Below are positions 10,629-22,303 of a DNA stretch of 64,000 bases, in pieces; positions within the stretch are counted from its first letter, which is position 1, and each line of letters opens with the position of its first letter. The stretch is from Pocillopora damicornis (lineage: Eukaryota), in assembly GCF_003704095.1 (NCBI RefSeq), contig NW_020846216.1, positions 1-64,000 on the forward strand, given 5' to 3'. The notes beneath the pieces were generated by a model, which did no database searches, was not told the origin of the DNA, and worked only from the letters and a program-made list of their open reading frames with translations. The position numbers and the translations under genes are program-made.

Positions 10629-11929
10629 TTGTAAGTCAGATAAGAGAATGACTTTTTGAAGCTGAGCCGAGCTAAAAATACAAAAATGGAGGTTAGTTTC
10701 CCTTGCATACCATCCCTTTATGGTCAGAATTAATTAAAGTTAATTCCATTCTTTTGCACCACATGTCATATTCCCATCTGTTCTCTTTGGTTTTATTTTT
10801 TTATTGTTACTATTAATGCACACTGGAACATCTGTCTTACAAATTCACTTCATGCCTTTTCCTGGCTTGTCTACTAAACTTCGACTGACATTTCGTTAAA
10901 AATTTTCCCTTAAGTGACTAAAACTAATTAAAATTGATTTTCTAGTTCAAAGACTACTTGGAGTTAAATTGAAAAAAAAAGAACCAGGAGAAAAAGTAAT
11001 TACACCCACAACACAAATAATGACTAAGGAATATTGTGACACAAAATTCTCTGGATCACAGAACAAGCCACACAGTGGCCATATAACTTGTCTCTAGATG
11101 CGGAAGATAGCATGCTTTGGGCTTCTTGGTTACAGAATTAGAAAGACTAGGTTCTTAGCTGTCACAGGAAATTTTTGGGTATAAATTGAACTGAGGGGAT
11201 AAATGGATAGGAAGGCTGGCTTCTACAACTTAGCTCTCTAGGAGATTTCTGCAGCAGATTTGGTGAAATGTAAGGTGATCAATTATTCATGGTTGACTTA
11301 TATCTTGTGGAATTTTACCCTTTGTTGTCCCTGTTTGCTCAGCTTATAGGAAGGCAGTATGCAAGCTTTGGAATGAATGTTGTAAGTGATTTCAAGTGGA
11401 TTTTGTAGAGATTTTTAAAGAGGCAGACATAGAGAGAAAGAGAGACTTAGATTTGTGTAAGCATTTGTGGAAGCCTTTCAAATATTTCATTTTTGACTGT
11501 TCTATTTCTTTCAATTTTGAGTTCTAGCTTTTAGTGACATGCATTGTAAGTCACCTTAAGTTTACAGTTGTGAGTGTGTTTGTTTAAGAGGTGCAACCAT
11601 CATCAATGTGACGCACTTCATTGAAGAGGACTTCCATCTTCGACCTTTTTGTGTTTGTTTTGTAATCTGGCTTATCAATAAAATCCTGTGTAATAATCCT
11701 TACCTTTTTTATGTTGAAAGACAATGTTGGATATTAGTATTAAAGGTTTGCAAAGTCATTTGCTTAATTCTTTTGAATGAAACTGTAATAAACTATTAAT
11801 ATTTAATTGTTGTCTTCTTGTGTTTGGAGATTGTCCTCCAGTCCCATCCTAACCTGTGAGAAGGTCTTTATTATTAGCACTGCGGCACAAGGGTTTCTTT
11901 TCCTACATGGAAGTTTGAGTCCTAACAGT

Positions 11930-12330
11930 TCTGGGGTAACTTCACAAGACAAGCTGTATAAATTGCAAAATAAAGCAACTTGCGTTAAGCAATTCTCAAA
12001 TTATGACGCTGATGCTGACCAAATATTAGAAATTTGGGCGTGGAAAAATTTGTATGAAACATTGTGTTGTCAGCGGAACATACAAAAGGCCACCATGGCA
12101 TTTAAATGCCTACTTGTATACTTGAGGTATCTCCGGACAAGTAAATCTCGAGACTCTCTGAACGCATTACAAGCTGAGGGACTTTGAGAACAAACTTGGT
12201 AGTCAATTACCACGCACAAAATATTAAAAAATATGTTAATAGTGGTGCCACATTGCGGAATAGCTTTCCTTGCGAGGCTCTGAGGTGCGCGGAATCCCTC
12301 GGGTCTTTCATACGGGAGGTCAGCAAAGCC
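11930..12330 (+). mobile_element. Degraded 3' end of a CR1/L2-group LINE ORF2
   Basis: Translation DKLYKLQNKA..FSNYDADA..LEIWAWKNL..QRNIQKATMAFKCL, then SGATLRNSFP..LR.AESL. This is the typical post-RT C-terminus of L2/CR1 elements; frameshifted. Confidence 0.75.
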
Positions 12331-12777
12331 CTCTATGGCCCGGCAGTCATTGATATTTACCGGTAGTGTAATTAATATTATTTAACCCTTGAGTAAAGCG
12401 ACTTGACAAAAGGTCTGGAGTGAAGGGTTTAAGCCCTCTCCCCTAATTGTCTCCAGTCTTCGCCTGGGTGAGAAACGCGCCTACTGCAGCACTAATCATG
12501 ATCATGATCATAAATGAACTCCCATTCCCAGGTCAGCATGCCCAGCAGTTTTCTCCATTTCCTTTCAGCCAAGGAAAAGAGTGCCAAAGTCACATGAAGG
12601 CATGGAAAATGGCTCACTCTGTACGTACTTCACACTCAGCTCAAAGGATTTAAAAAAAGAATCCTTCACAGTTATTCGCAGGCAGCTAAGGTCGTCGGGG
12701 AGAGGAAGGGAAGTTTAACGAAATAAAAGTTACTGGGTCATTGAGACGTAGATACCCCGTAAATTGGCTTCTTTAAA

Positions 12778-12914
12778 GGTAAAATTTCCGCACAGCCCCA
12801 TACTATTGTTAAACAAATCTGTTTTCCCAATGGCAATGTATTGTGTATGTCATTGTTTTCTCTATCCAAGAACTGAATGCATAATGTAGTATGGGTCTGT
12901 GCGGAAATTTTACC
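12778..12914. repeat. 137 bp element with 28 bp terminal inverted repeats (MITE-like), upstream of ACTMAP
   Basis: ggtaaaatttccgcacagccccatacta (12778-12805) pairs with tagtatgggtctgtgcggaaattttacc (12887-12914), one mismatch. Confidence 0.85.
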
Positions 12915-13009
12915 CAAAACAGAGGTGGCCTGGAGCGAAATTTAAGACAAAATGGCGGAAGAACTGTCGAACATTTCTAGACTTATGTTGATCCAGAACT
13001 GTCAGTGAA

Positions 13010-14542
13010 ATGAGTTGCACGAGTGCACACGCTTTCGACGTTAGGAAACAGTGCCTTGAGATTATCTCAGACATAACAAATAAACAGGAAGACTCGTCGG
13101 TAGACGATATAAACCTGGCAAGGAAATGGCTTCTCTACTATAGAGAGGTACCAACAAGACTTCAGGGAAAACTACCGCGGTAGGCCAGGCTATCTATCGG
13201 TAGGATCGTTGGAAATAGCGTCGATCTTAATTTTTAAGATCCCAAAAATGAACTGAAGGTTATGTTATTCTTGGCAGGTGTGGGTTGTCAGCTGTTAGCA
13301 TGGCAGCGGAATTGATAAATTTAAAGAGAATAGTGGGTGATGACAATGTTGTATCATCTGCACAGAAACCGTACGAAGAGGAATTGAACAACTTACTGAC
13401 ATTGGCAAAATCCAGAGGTTTTTCTAATCAAGGAGAAATGTACTCGGCAGAAAATCTTGCTCATCTTGCTGAGGAGTTTTATGGTGTGAAATGCTCAGTC
13501 ATAAGTAATGCATTCGAGGATCAACACTCCACTGTCTCTCAATTACTTAAGGGATCAGCTGTGCTTGTCCCGTATGATGCTGATAAGAACAATAAACCCT
13601 GTTTGGAGAATGGCCACCGTGCCCATTGGGCTTTGCTCACAGGTTGGTTTTGATTCTGAATTTATGTTCATTAAATCAGTGACACAACAAGATTACTACA
13701 ACGTAAGTCTCAGTAGAAAACTAATATTTTCTTGTATTTTACACAGTACACTAGGCTTGATAAGCAAGACTTTTTTTAAACCCCAAATTCATTTTCCACC
13801 TTGACCAAGAATGTATAACATTCAGAAGAAATACTTTGAATATAGTTTTGGTATAGTAACTAACTTACTGACTCCTACAACTCCAAAACTTTTCCAATCT
13901 TGTTTCCTTTGTTTGATGATGTTGTTTCTTGAACAGAAAATTGCAAGCAATTAGTACCTGCAGTAGCAGAGATTTTGCAGGCCAGAAAAAAAATTAATAA
14001 TTGCCATTTGGCACTATGGAACTCCTGCTGGTGTTAAGGGGGAAATTTTAAAAAACTTTTGCAAGTGATGAGCTTTGTAGCATAATTTGAAATATGTTAT
14101 GTCCATTTATTTTATCACTTTCTGTGCAAGGGCAACCTTAAAATTTGTGACTTCAGTTATTCAATAAACTTAAGATAGAATGGCACTCACATTGGGCATT
14201 TATATTTTTCCTCTCAAAGGTGTCTTGTGTGAACTGTGCGACAACAGCATCGACTGGACATTGTTTGAGCAAGATGTTGATGTTCCCATGTTATTCTGTG
14301 TAAGTCCATTACAATCATTTGTCTTACCCCCTAATTGTAAACTGGGACATGTTTACTTTTGCGTCAAGCATGGTAAATCAAAGCACACAGTTGTTTGGAC
14401 CCTTGAGAGTTTAAAGAGTAGTAATGCAAATCTTTTGGAACTAGATCCGAAACGAAGACTAGCTGGGAATTGCATTGTTCCCAGAGACGGCCTAAGGGTT
14501 GGACTGTGTCAGAAAATTGTACTTATGTCTGGAAAAAGTTAG
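13010..14542 (+). CDS. ACTMAP: Actin maturation protease (C19orf54/UPF0692 family)
   Basis: Exons 13010-13179, 13278-13642, 14220-14542. Motifs PRCGLSAVSMA (catalytic Cys), GFSNQGEMYSA, LVPYDADKNNKP..GHRAHWA and KHGKS. Confidence 0.9.
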
Positions 14543-15637
14543 AAAATTAAGTAGCAATAATAAGAATACACTGAACAAAGATATTAGATGTCAACAAATT
14601 TATTTACCAGTTCTGAGTATTGTTTGACCTAAAACAGTTCTATACTATAACAAGGAATTGAATAAAGTATTTTAATTTACAATATTCAGTATTTATATTT
14701 GAGTATTTGCAACGAAAAGGTCAAAACAAAGATTAAAGTAAAAAACCCCCAAAAAATGATATTTTAAAGGTATTTTTCTCACAGTTTAAACAATTGTGAC
14801 CTTAGAATATCAGTGATCAGAAAACATTAACAAAATGCCTGGCATTGACAACCAACAGTTTGCCACTGAAGAAAAAAATTTCCCAATCATTGGTGGAGGA
14901 AGGGATGACTGTATTAAGCTGTAGTTTAATACTTTGCCAGGCCAAAAAGGTTCCCATTATAAGTTCTTTTAAATAAATGCTGGTGTCCTAAGGCTTTGTA
15001 ACTAGTTTACTACAAAGTGATGACATGTTTTTTTTTTCCCTATAATTATGTGCATTGCTTTTCAACGTATAGCTCTAAATAACAAATACCCCAAAAATAA
15101 AATCAAAAACTCAATTTGAAAGTTAATTTTAAATTATTTCCAAAAAAGAAAATTATTGTAACCCTGAAATAGGCCAGCTATTCCTTCCTACTATTATATG
15201 GTTACTTATTTTCCCATCATTTATTCTGTTGCAAATTCCCATTGAAACAGACCTCTACTTTGATCAATTCCAGCTTGATGCTAACACTAAATCATTGATT
15301 CCCATGTCATTCACCTAACACAACCTTAGCAAAATCCTAATGTTTTGTCCATTTAAATTTCCAAAGTGAATATAGTTTAAGTACTTGCAATGCATCCACT
15401 GAAATGAACTTGCCCATGAGAAGCATACAATTCAGCCTGTACCTCTTTCCTTAACCTGCTGAGGCACAAAACTATTTGGGTACAAAAAGGTTTAATCTGT
15501 TGTCAGGAGCTGCTAAGTTTTAGGATGAATATACTAAAATTGTAACTTACTTGTCATTGCAGGTTGTGAGTGAATCATTTAGTGTCTCCCTGACGATATT
15601 TTTAATTGATTAGCATTAGACAAGCTATATTAAGATT

Positions 15638-17479
15638 TTAGAAGGCTTGTGTTTGGGTGTGGCTAACCAATCTGTTAGCAGCCATATTACTTTTGACCAC
15701 ACTACACGGCAAGTTCTCTTTATTGATCAAGCCAGCCACCATGTTGATAATACCTTGTCCTTTTTCACATGCTCCACTGCTTGTAGCAATTTTGATGAGA
15801 ATTTTACTTGTTTTCTCTATCCTTTTATATCGCTCCACCAAAATTTGTTCTTTTTCTGCTTTTCCCCTCGTCAGGAGCTGCTCTCTGACTTTCTGTTTCC
15901 TGCGAAATTCTCGGCTGCACTGCTTGTTCCGCTCTCTTCTTTTTCTTTTCTTCTCTTCCTGTTTTCTCTGACATGAGAATTACAAGGAAAGGTTTACTTA
16001 CAAGTGGAAGTCAGATGTTCAAACCCTTCAAAAAAGGGGTAAAATTTGCTTATGAATTGTATTTTGAGATTAGCAATGACATGTCCTGTTGGACAGATAC
16101 ATGTCTATTGATTAGCCATATATTTCTTCCTCAAATTATTAACAAGTCAAGTACCTTTCATTCAAAACAAAGAGACCTTGCCACACCCCCTTGTCATATA
16201 TTACTGAGGAAAAACACCCAGAAGAACCTTAACGTGCTTTAAATAGTATATGAGGATTCTGAACAGTTTTGCCAGGATCTATAAAGCAAAACTTACTATA
16301 TCGTCAGTTATGTCTCTGAGTTCTTGACTTGTTGATGAATTTGGTACAAAAGGAAAAGCTTCTCCTGCTTGAATACACTCCAAAGTCACCCCTCTTCCTG
16401 TGTCTGTATCATTTTGCCCAGTCCAAATAATGCTATCCCCAGGTTGTGCAACATTGTAGCTACTCATCACACCAGGTAAGGAAGACATGACTAGAGGCAG
16501 TGGTTCCAGAAATGTTCGAAAATTCTGAGCATCTTGAAAGTGCGGGCACTCATCTGTGCCACTTACTGGGAAGCCAGCATTTTGAGAATTAAAGTCACTG
16601 CCTCCTACTTCTTGCCAGTAACTCCCTGGCAAAGAATCATCACCCGATCCAATCTCACCTGATTAAAGAAGATGCAAGAAATAGTGTCGATCTCTTTGGC
16701 CCTCTTCAGGGTTTAAGTGATCTACCAAATAATGTGGCCAAATAAAAAATGTAAATTTCGAGGGCCAGTAAAAGTTAAGAAAAGATATCCAAATTGTTTT
16801 ATGAGACGTTTTCAAAACGGACAGCGAGACATTGTGAAGTTATTCACACCTATTTTGGCCGTTATAATTCACACTTAATTTGGCCGTTGTGTTTTGCCAT
16901 GATATACAAATGGTTGTCATGAATGATACGTTAAAAAATTTTTAGTCAATTATTAGATGGTTGGCCAAAGAATCTCACCAAGAAGCTGCAAAAGGTCCTT
17001 ATTTTTGCTCAAGCGACTTGCCTCCAGTATTTCTTGGATTGAAGCCGATGGATGTTCTATTTGGTCTACATTGACAGAACTCGCTTCTTCCGATAATGCC
17101 TGATTATCAAACCACTGATACAAGCCTGTTACCCTTGGAACACTTTCGAAAAGAAATAAACAACACAATCACAATCAGCTTTCCATTTCGCAAAGTCAAG
17201 ATAAAATTTTGCCACCTACGCACAAAATCGCTCCTACATCGCAGAACTGTAAGTAAGGTAGTGCCTCACTTACCATTCCTCATTCTTGTCATGTTCCGGT
17301 TTCATCTCAAGGTTAATTGGCCATTGGATGGAACTATTGGTCATTTCGTTGCCGATTTCGGCTGACGCTTCACCTCGCATCATGCAACTGTGCTCTGGCG
17401 AGGGTTTCAAATCAGTATCTAGCAAGCTTTCGCTTACATGAGAGCGAACCGAGGCTGGTAGAGATTCCATGCTATCCAT
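15638..17479 (-). CDS. Divergent bZIP-type transcription factor (Fos/ATF-like basic region, degenerate zipper)
   Basis: Exons 17479-17274, 17142-16979, 16658-16297, 15967-15638 join in frame (phases 2,1,0). Last exon encodes EEKKRKRRERNKQCSREFRRKQK; N-terminus is acidic. Confidence 0.75.
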
Positions 17480-17603
17480 GGCCGAATACCAGGGAAGCCT
17501 TTCAGAGCAGGTCTGGAAAACGTCTTTGAAATATACTTTGAAGAAGGTTCACCATGCGAATTTTATCCTCACCGTTGAATGACGTTGCTCATTTCAAATA
17601 GCG

Positions 17604-17665
17604 CGGCCCGCCTCCCGCCTTGACGTCAGGGCTGTCGTGGCAGCAGGTTAATTTGGCGCGAAAAA
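17604..17665. promoter_or_regulatory. Bidirectional promoter core: GC-box-like tract, perfect CRE, double E2F-like site
   Basis: ggcccgcctcccgcc, TGACGTCA (17621-17628) and TTTGGCGCGAAAA (17652-17664) lie between divergent ATGs at 17479 and 17694. Confidence 0.6.
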
Positions 17666-17693
17666 ATTTTAATTGACAAATTTTGGTTCAAAT

Positions 17694-17994
17694 ATGGCAA
17701 GAAACTATGGCGTCGAAAGTATTCCCACTGAGGATCAAAGAGTTGAAGATGATTACATAGACGAACTTATCAGGAAGTACCTCAACAACGAGGACATGAA
17801 TAGGTAAAGTTTCACGTTTGGTTTATTAGGTACTTCTGATTGGCTTAAGCACATACAGTCCTTGCAAAGTTTTGAAATTCTCGCGTGAGCGGAAAGAGAA
17901 ATTCCTTACAATTTTTAACATTTCTTCTCCCTGTGCTCTTAAATATCATTTATTTTTAGTCAAATACTATCTTTTTCTGCGATATATTTCTAAC

Positions 17995-18028
<34 letters not shown>

Positions 18029-19506
18029 TCAACCACAAAGTTTTTACGAAGACACAAGTATTCCCTCACTAACCTCCCCTGAGACTGACAAATGGCTCGG
18101 AGAAGTGCTCCCACCAGACTTCAATAACAACCAGGATTTTTCCGTACCAGAACTCTTTATGTTGGAGGATGTGAGTAGTTTACCTGACATGTTCGACGAT
18201 ACGGGGTCCGACGAAGAAGTGCTGTCTATTTTGGACGAAATAATTATGAAGGACGAAAAGAAAACAGAAGGTAAACAAAACCGCGCAATCACGACGCGCG
18301 AGCAATTACATCATGCAATTACCCCGCAATCGTTCCATCTGTGTATTTTTTTTCATAAAAAGTTCTAACAGATTTTTGGTGAATAGTATATGGTTCAACT
18401 GAGTAATTTTAGTATAATTTCAATCTTTACCCTTTCAGTTGAATTTTATCACATTTAGGGTTTTAATGGATTGTAAAGCTGATTCTAAAAACATAGTCGT
18501 CCTCTTTCAGCAAAAGTTGTAGTATCAGGAGAGGTCAAACATGTTCAAACAACTCCAAAACTTGAGCGAAAAAGACACGCCAAAACACTTAATGGAGACC
18601 CAACATCACAGAACATGAAGAAAATAGTGAGTACACTGTCATAGCAAAAATGGAATTTGTGAAGCATGTTATTAGTTAGAGTAAATAGTACAAAGATTGC
18701 CATTCATACTCCCCTCCCTGTCAAAAGTCGTCATAAGATATAGCTTGTTTCTTTAAGTTTTTTGTTCCAGAATGAGCTAATGCTAAAAATAAATCTATTG
18801 TCCTCAATACTTAATTTTGCAAAACAACCTGCTCCTGTAGTCAAGCATGTCTCATCAACAAATATAGGCAGCCCTTTTTCTTTTGATTTGCTGGATATGC
18901 ATTATTCAAGTGCCACCAACCTTTGATTTTATACTAACAATATGTAAAATCAAGTGTCCTAAAACATAATGATTTCAACTATATTTATCAGTAGTTTCCC
19001 ACCCACTTTGCCTACAATCTAAATTAGTGGCTTGTTCCCCATAAGCATGAGAAAGTAAGAGGGGATGTTTAGTTTATCATATTCCACAAAATCTTACTGT
19101 TGAAGGGTTGTCTGAAGATGGAGAAGACTGTAATAAACTGTTTCTTTTTTTTTTCTAGGCAAATAGCATGATAAAATTGTTCTTAGTAAAAGCAACTTTT
19201 CATTTTTGTTCTGCCTTATAAATCTTTTTAAAACCCTACCTTTGTAACAAGATTTCAACCAAAGTTAAATACATTTTCCATTACCCTTTACATAATAAGC
19301 TCAGTTATGCACGCATTCTGATTGGTTGATGACGTAATCTTTGAAAAAATCTATTTGTTAATTAGTGCACAAATCAGAACCAAACATTTTACATTTCTTT
19401 ACATTATTTCTAGCAAAGGACTTCAGTAGACAGGCGAGTACAACCTACTTGCAGAAGGCCAATAATCATGAAAAGCAGAACTAAAAGAAGGAATGTTGAA
19501 GAGTGA
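17694..19506 (+). CDS. Uncharacterised small acidic protein (~180 aa) with basic C-terminus
   Basis: Exons 17694-17803, 18041-18270, 18511-18626, 19414-19506 with GT-AG junctions join in frame (phases 2,1,0). No family recognised. Confidence 0.6.
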
Positions 19507-22303
19507 AATAATTCACATTGGTTCTTTTAATAACCTTTGAATATAATAAGCAAAAACTGCCAACTGCCTCCAGAGTCCTGATGTTATTAACTGCCAGCGT
19601 ACGTTCTTTAATTTTTGGCTCATTTTTAAGCTGCTCTCTGAAACAAATCAAGATCATTTACAAGAACAAAACTTTCAAAGGACTAAATTAATACAAGCCA
19701 AGCTTAACCTTTTTTAAGGCATCTTATTTTTTTCAAATCCATTTATATTTTAGTTAGAGAAGCTGGAAATGAAATATTGTCACAAATTTCCTTTGATATT
19801 ATTTGTGTTGAGTCACTACATATGAATTGCAAATGTTAATAAAATCTCCTTACTTTTATTTGCACTGTCTCTTTAATTTGAAGGGGGTAAATCAACAGTT
19901 AGGAATATAAAATGCAAGGAAATTCTTGAGCACTCTTTTCATTTCTAGATGTTTAACAGATGTGTCAATGCAAACCTAGGGAGGTAAAACAGTTCAAATT
20001 CTGATTACCAAAGAGAAACTGGGTAATAGAAAAATATTTTCTTGTTGCCATGGTCATAGGGGTTTTTGTAAAGCTCTTTTAAACAGAAATATAGTTTCCC
20101 TGTGGATAAACAAGAATTACTGTAGCAAGGATTTAGATCTAGAACATGAAATTTGAAACCCATGTGAACTGTCAAGCAGGAAAAGCTGAAAAATTATACA
20201 CTTAATGTCTAGTATTGAATGAAACAGTTCTGTTTTCTGAGAGTAGCATTTTGTAAGTCTTAGCAAATGCTGAGACTTAAGCCTAAATTTTCTTTGTCTA
20301 CAATTGCATCATCAGTGGCATTTAGTAAGGATTCTGCAAAAAAATTATTTACACCCTTCTTTCTTTGTAAGGAATTAGACAAATGATACACCAGTCTTGT
20401 AATAGTGACAATAATTAAAGTTATGATTCCTTTTCTTGTCTTGACCAGTCTTATGCAACAAAAGATGACGGAATGTCTTATCTCATTTGTTCAAAAGCCA
20501 TTAGTGGTCTGGTTTATGACTTTAAAAGATCTACTTCAAGTCCATCTCCTGTCAAAACCCTGGTCAAAACCTAACCACACCTGTTCGAGAACAATACACA
20601 CATTGTCAAAACAATACAATGGCCAAGAATTCACCATGCAAAACAAAATGGTTCTTAATTCATGATTCAAAGGTTGCATTTAAATGATAATAAATTGTTC
20701 TCTTGGACATATAAAGATCCCATCATCTTTAATCACAATTCACAAATAAATAAAATTAAATCACCATTCACAAGAAACAAAATTGCCCAATCACGCTTCA
20801 CAAAAAAGTATTGGGGACCCTCTTGTAAGGTTGAGATGACTTCAGTTGGTGAACATCAGTCTAGGGGAAAAATAATTCTAACAGCTCTAGCAGTACATTG
20901 TGAGTATGATTTGGATGCAAGATAGATGATACACTGATCTGAATAGTCCATATTACAGTTGCCTCCTTGTCTGCCAAGCCTTTGAAGAGAAGTGAGGTTA
21001 AGGTTGACCTTGTTATGATACAAACGTTGCTGCTTTTCAAATGTAAATTACTTTGTTATCATGCTAACTAGATATTGGTCTCTATCACAACATGGTCACC
21101 TTCAGCCTCACTCCAAATCAAAGCCTTGGTAACTAAGTACACAACTGTAAAATGGCCTATTAAGCATCATGAGCGTAAGACTGAGTTTTAAAATGAATAT
21201 TTTACTTCCAATAAATTCAACCAGAGAATTAAGAAATTATTACAGCTGGGATTCTTCCAGTGTTATGACATTATATACCTTTCAACTCATTATACAGTCC
21301 AAACTGAAATGAATTTATCTTTAAAAAAATATTTATTTTCTGATCCCTGATTCTCATGGCAGAAAATTAACATTAAATATAACATAATTTGAGCTTATTA
21401 CACAAATTACATAAGACTTCAAAATTTACAGAATTATCCACACATCTCATGTATAATCCCAAGGTATTGGCTTCATGGTACCTTTGCACATAAAACAGAT
21501 GTTTACTTTATATTTCAGACCTGTTAAGTACCAACAGTAAAAAAAAAATTACACACTCAAGTAGCATTAACCTCTTTAAGTCCTCGTCTAGAATCACTTA
21601 GGAATCCTAGCAACATGCCTGAATCTAGTAAATGTGCATCTTAGCATATTGGTTTATACATCTCAAACAAAGAGTACATATGCACAAAAATTTACAAAAT
21701 ATTTTTAATTTCAGCTTTAACAGTACAGTCTTTTATCAAGTCAGCAGAAAGTATTAAGTCTAAAAAGGATTTTGCAAATCTATTTTGATGAAAAGAGGGA
21801 GAAAAGACAGCCATAACAAATATTCTACATTGAGAAGTTCAAGTTTGCACAAGGACCTCGGGTCATTTTTTTGGTATTTTAGGGCAAGTAACTCTCACAG
21901 CTTGCCCTGTCATTAAAATATATCTCATTAAATAATAATAAAACTATTGAATGAATTATATTTTTTTTCAAGAAAAACTTTCCTCGATTCTTTTTACAAA
22001 ATTACCTTTACTGTTAATTATCTTTAAGTTGTAGACATAAATATTTCAGAATTTTTTGTCTCATTATATCAAAGACATTAGCCATGTCAACAGTTGTACA
22101 TGTTAAACCTATTAAGTAGTAAAATCATTTGCTTCTGACCCACATTTATTTTTTGCAGTTCAAATTTCTCCTTGTTTCAAACTGGTTAAATTTTTCTTTC
22201 TCGTTAATTCAGATCATGATTGAAAAATTTTTAAACTTAAAAAAATTGTACCCCAACATATTTTTACACCATTTAAAATCTAATACATTTAATCCAGCTG
22301 CTT

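Noticed and set aside
12952-13010. Selenocysteine readthrough of the TGA before ACTMAP
   Set aside because: The downstream ACTMAP frame is shifted by one base, so readthrough would not join the frames; no SECIS recognised.
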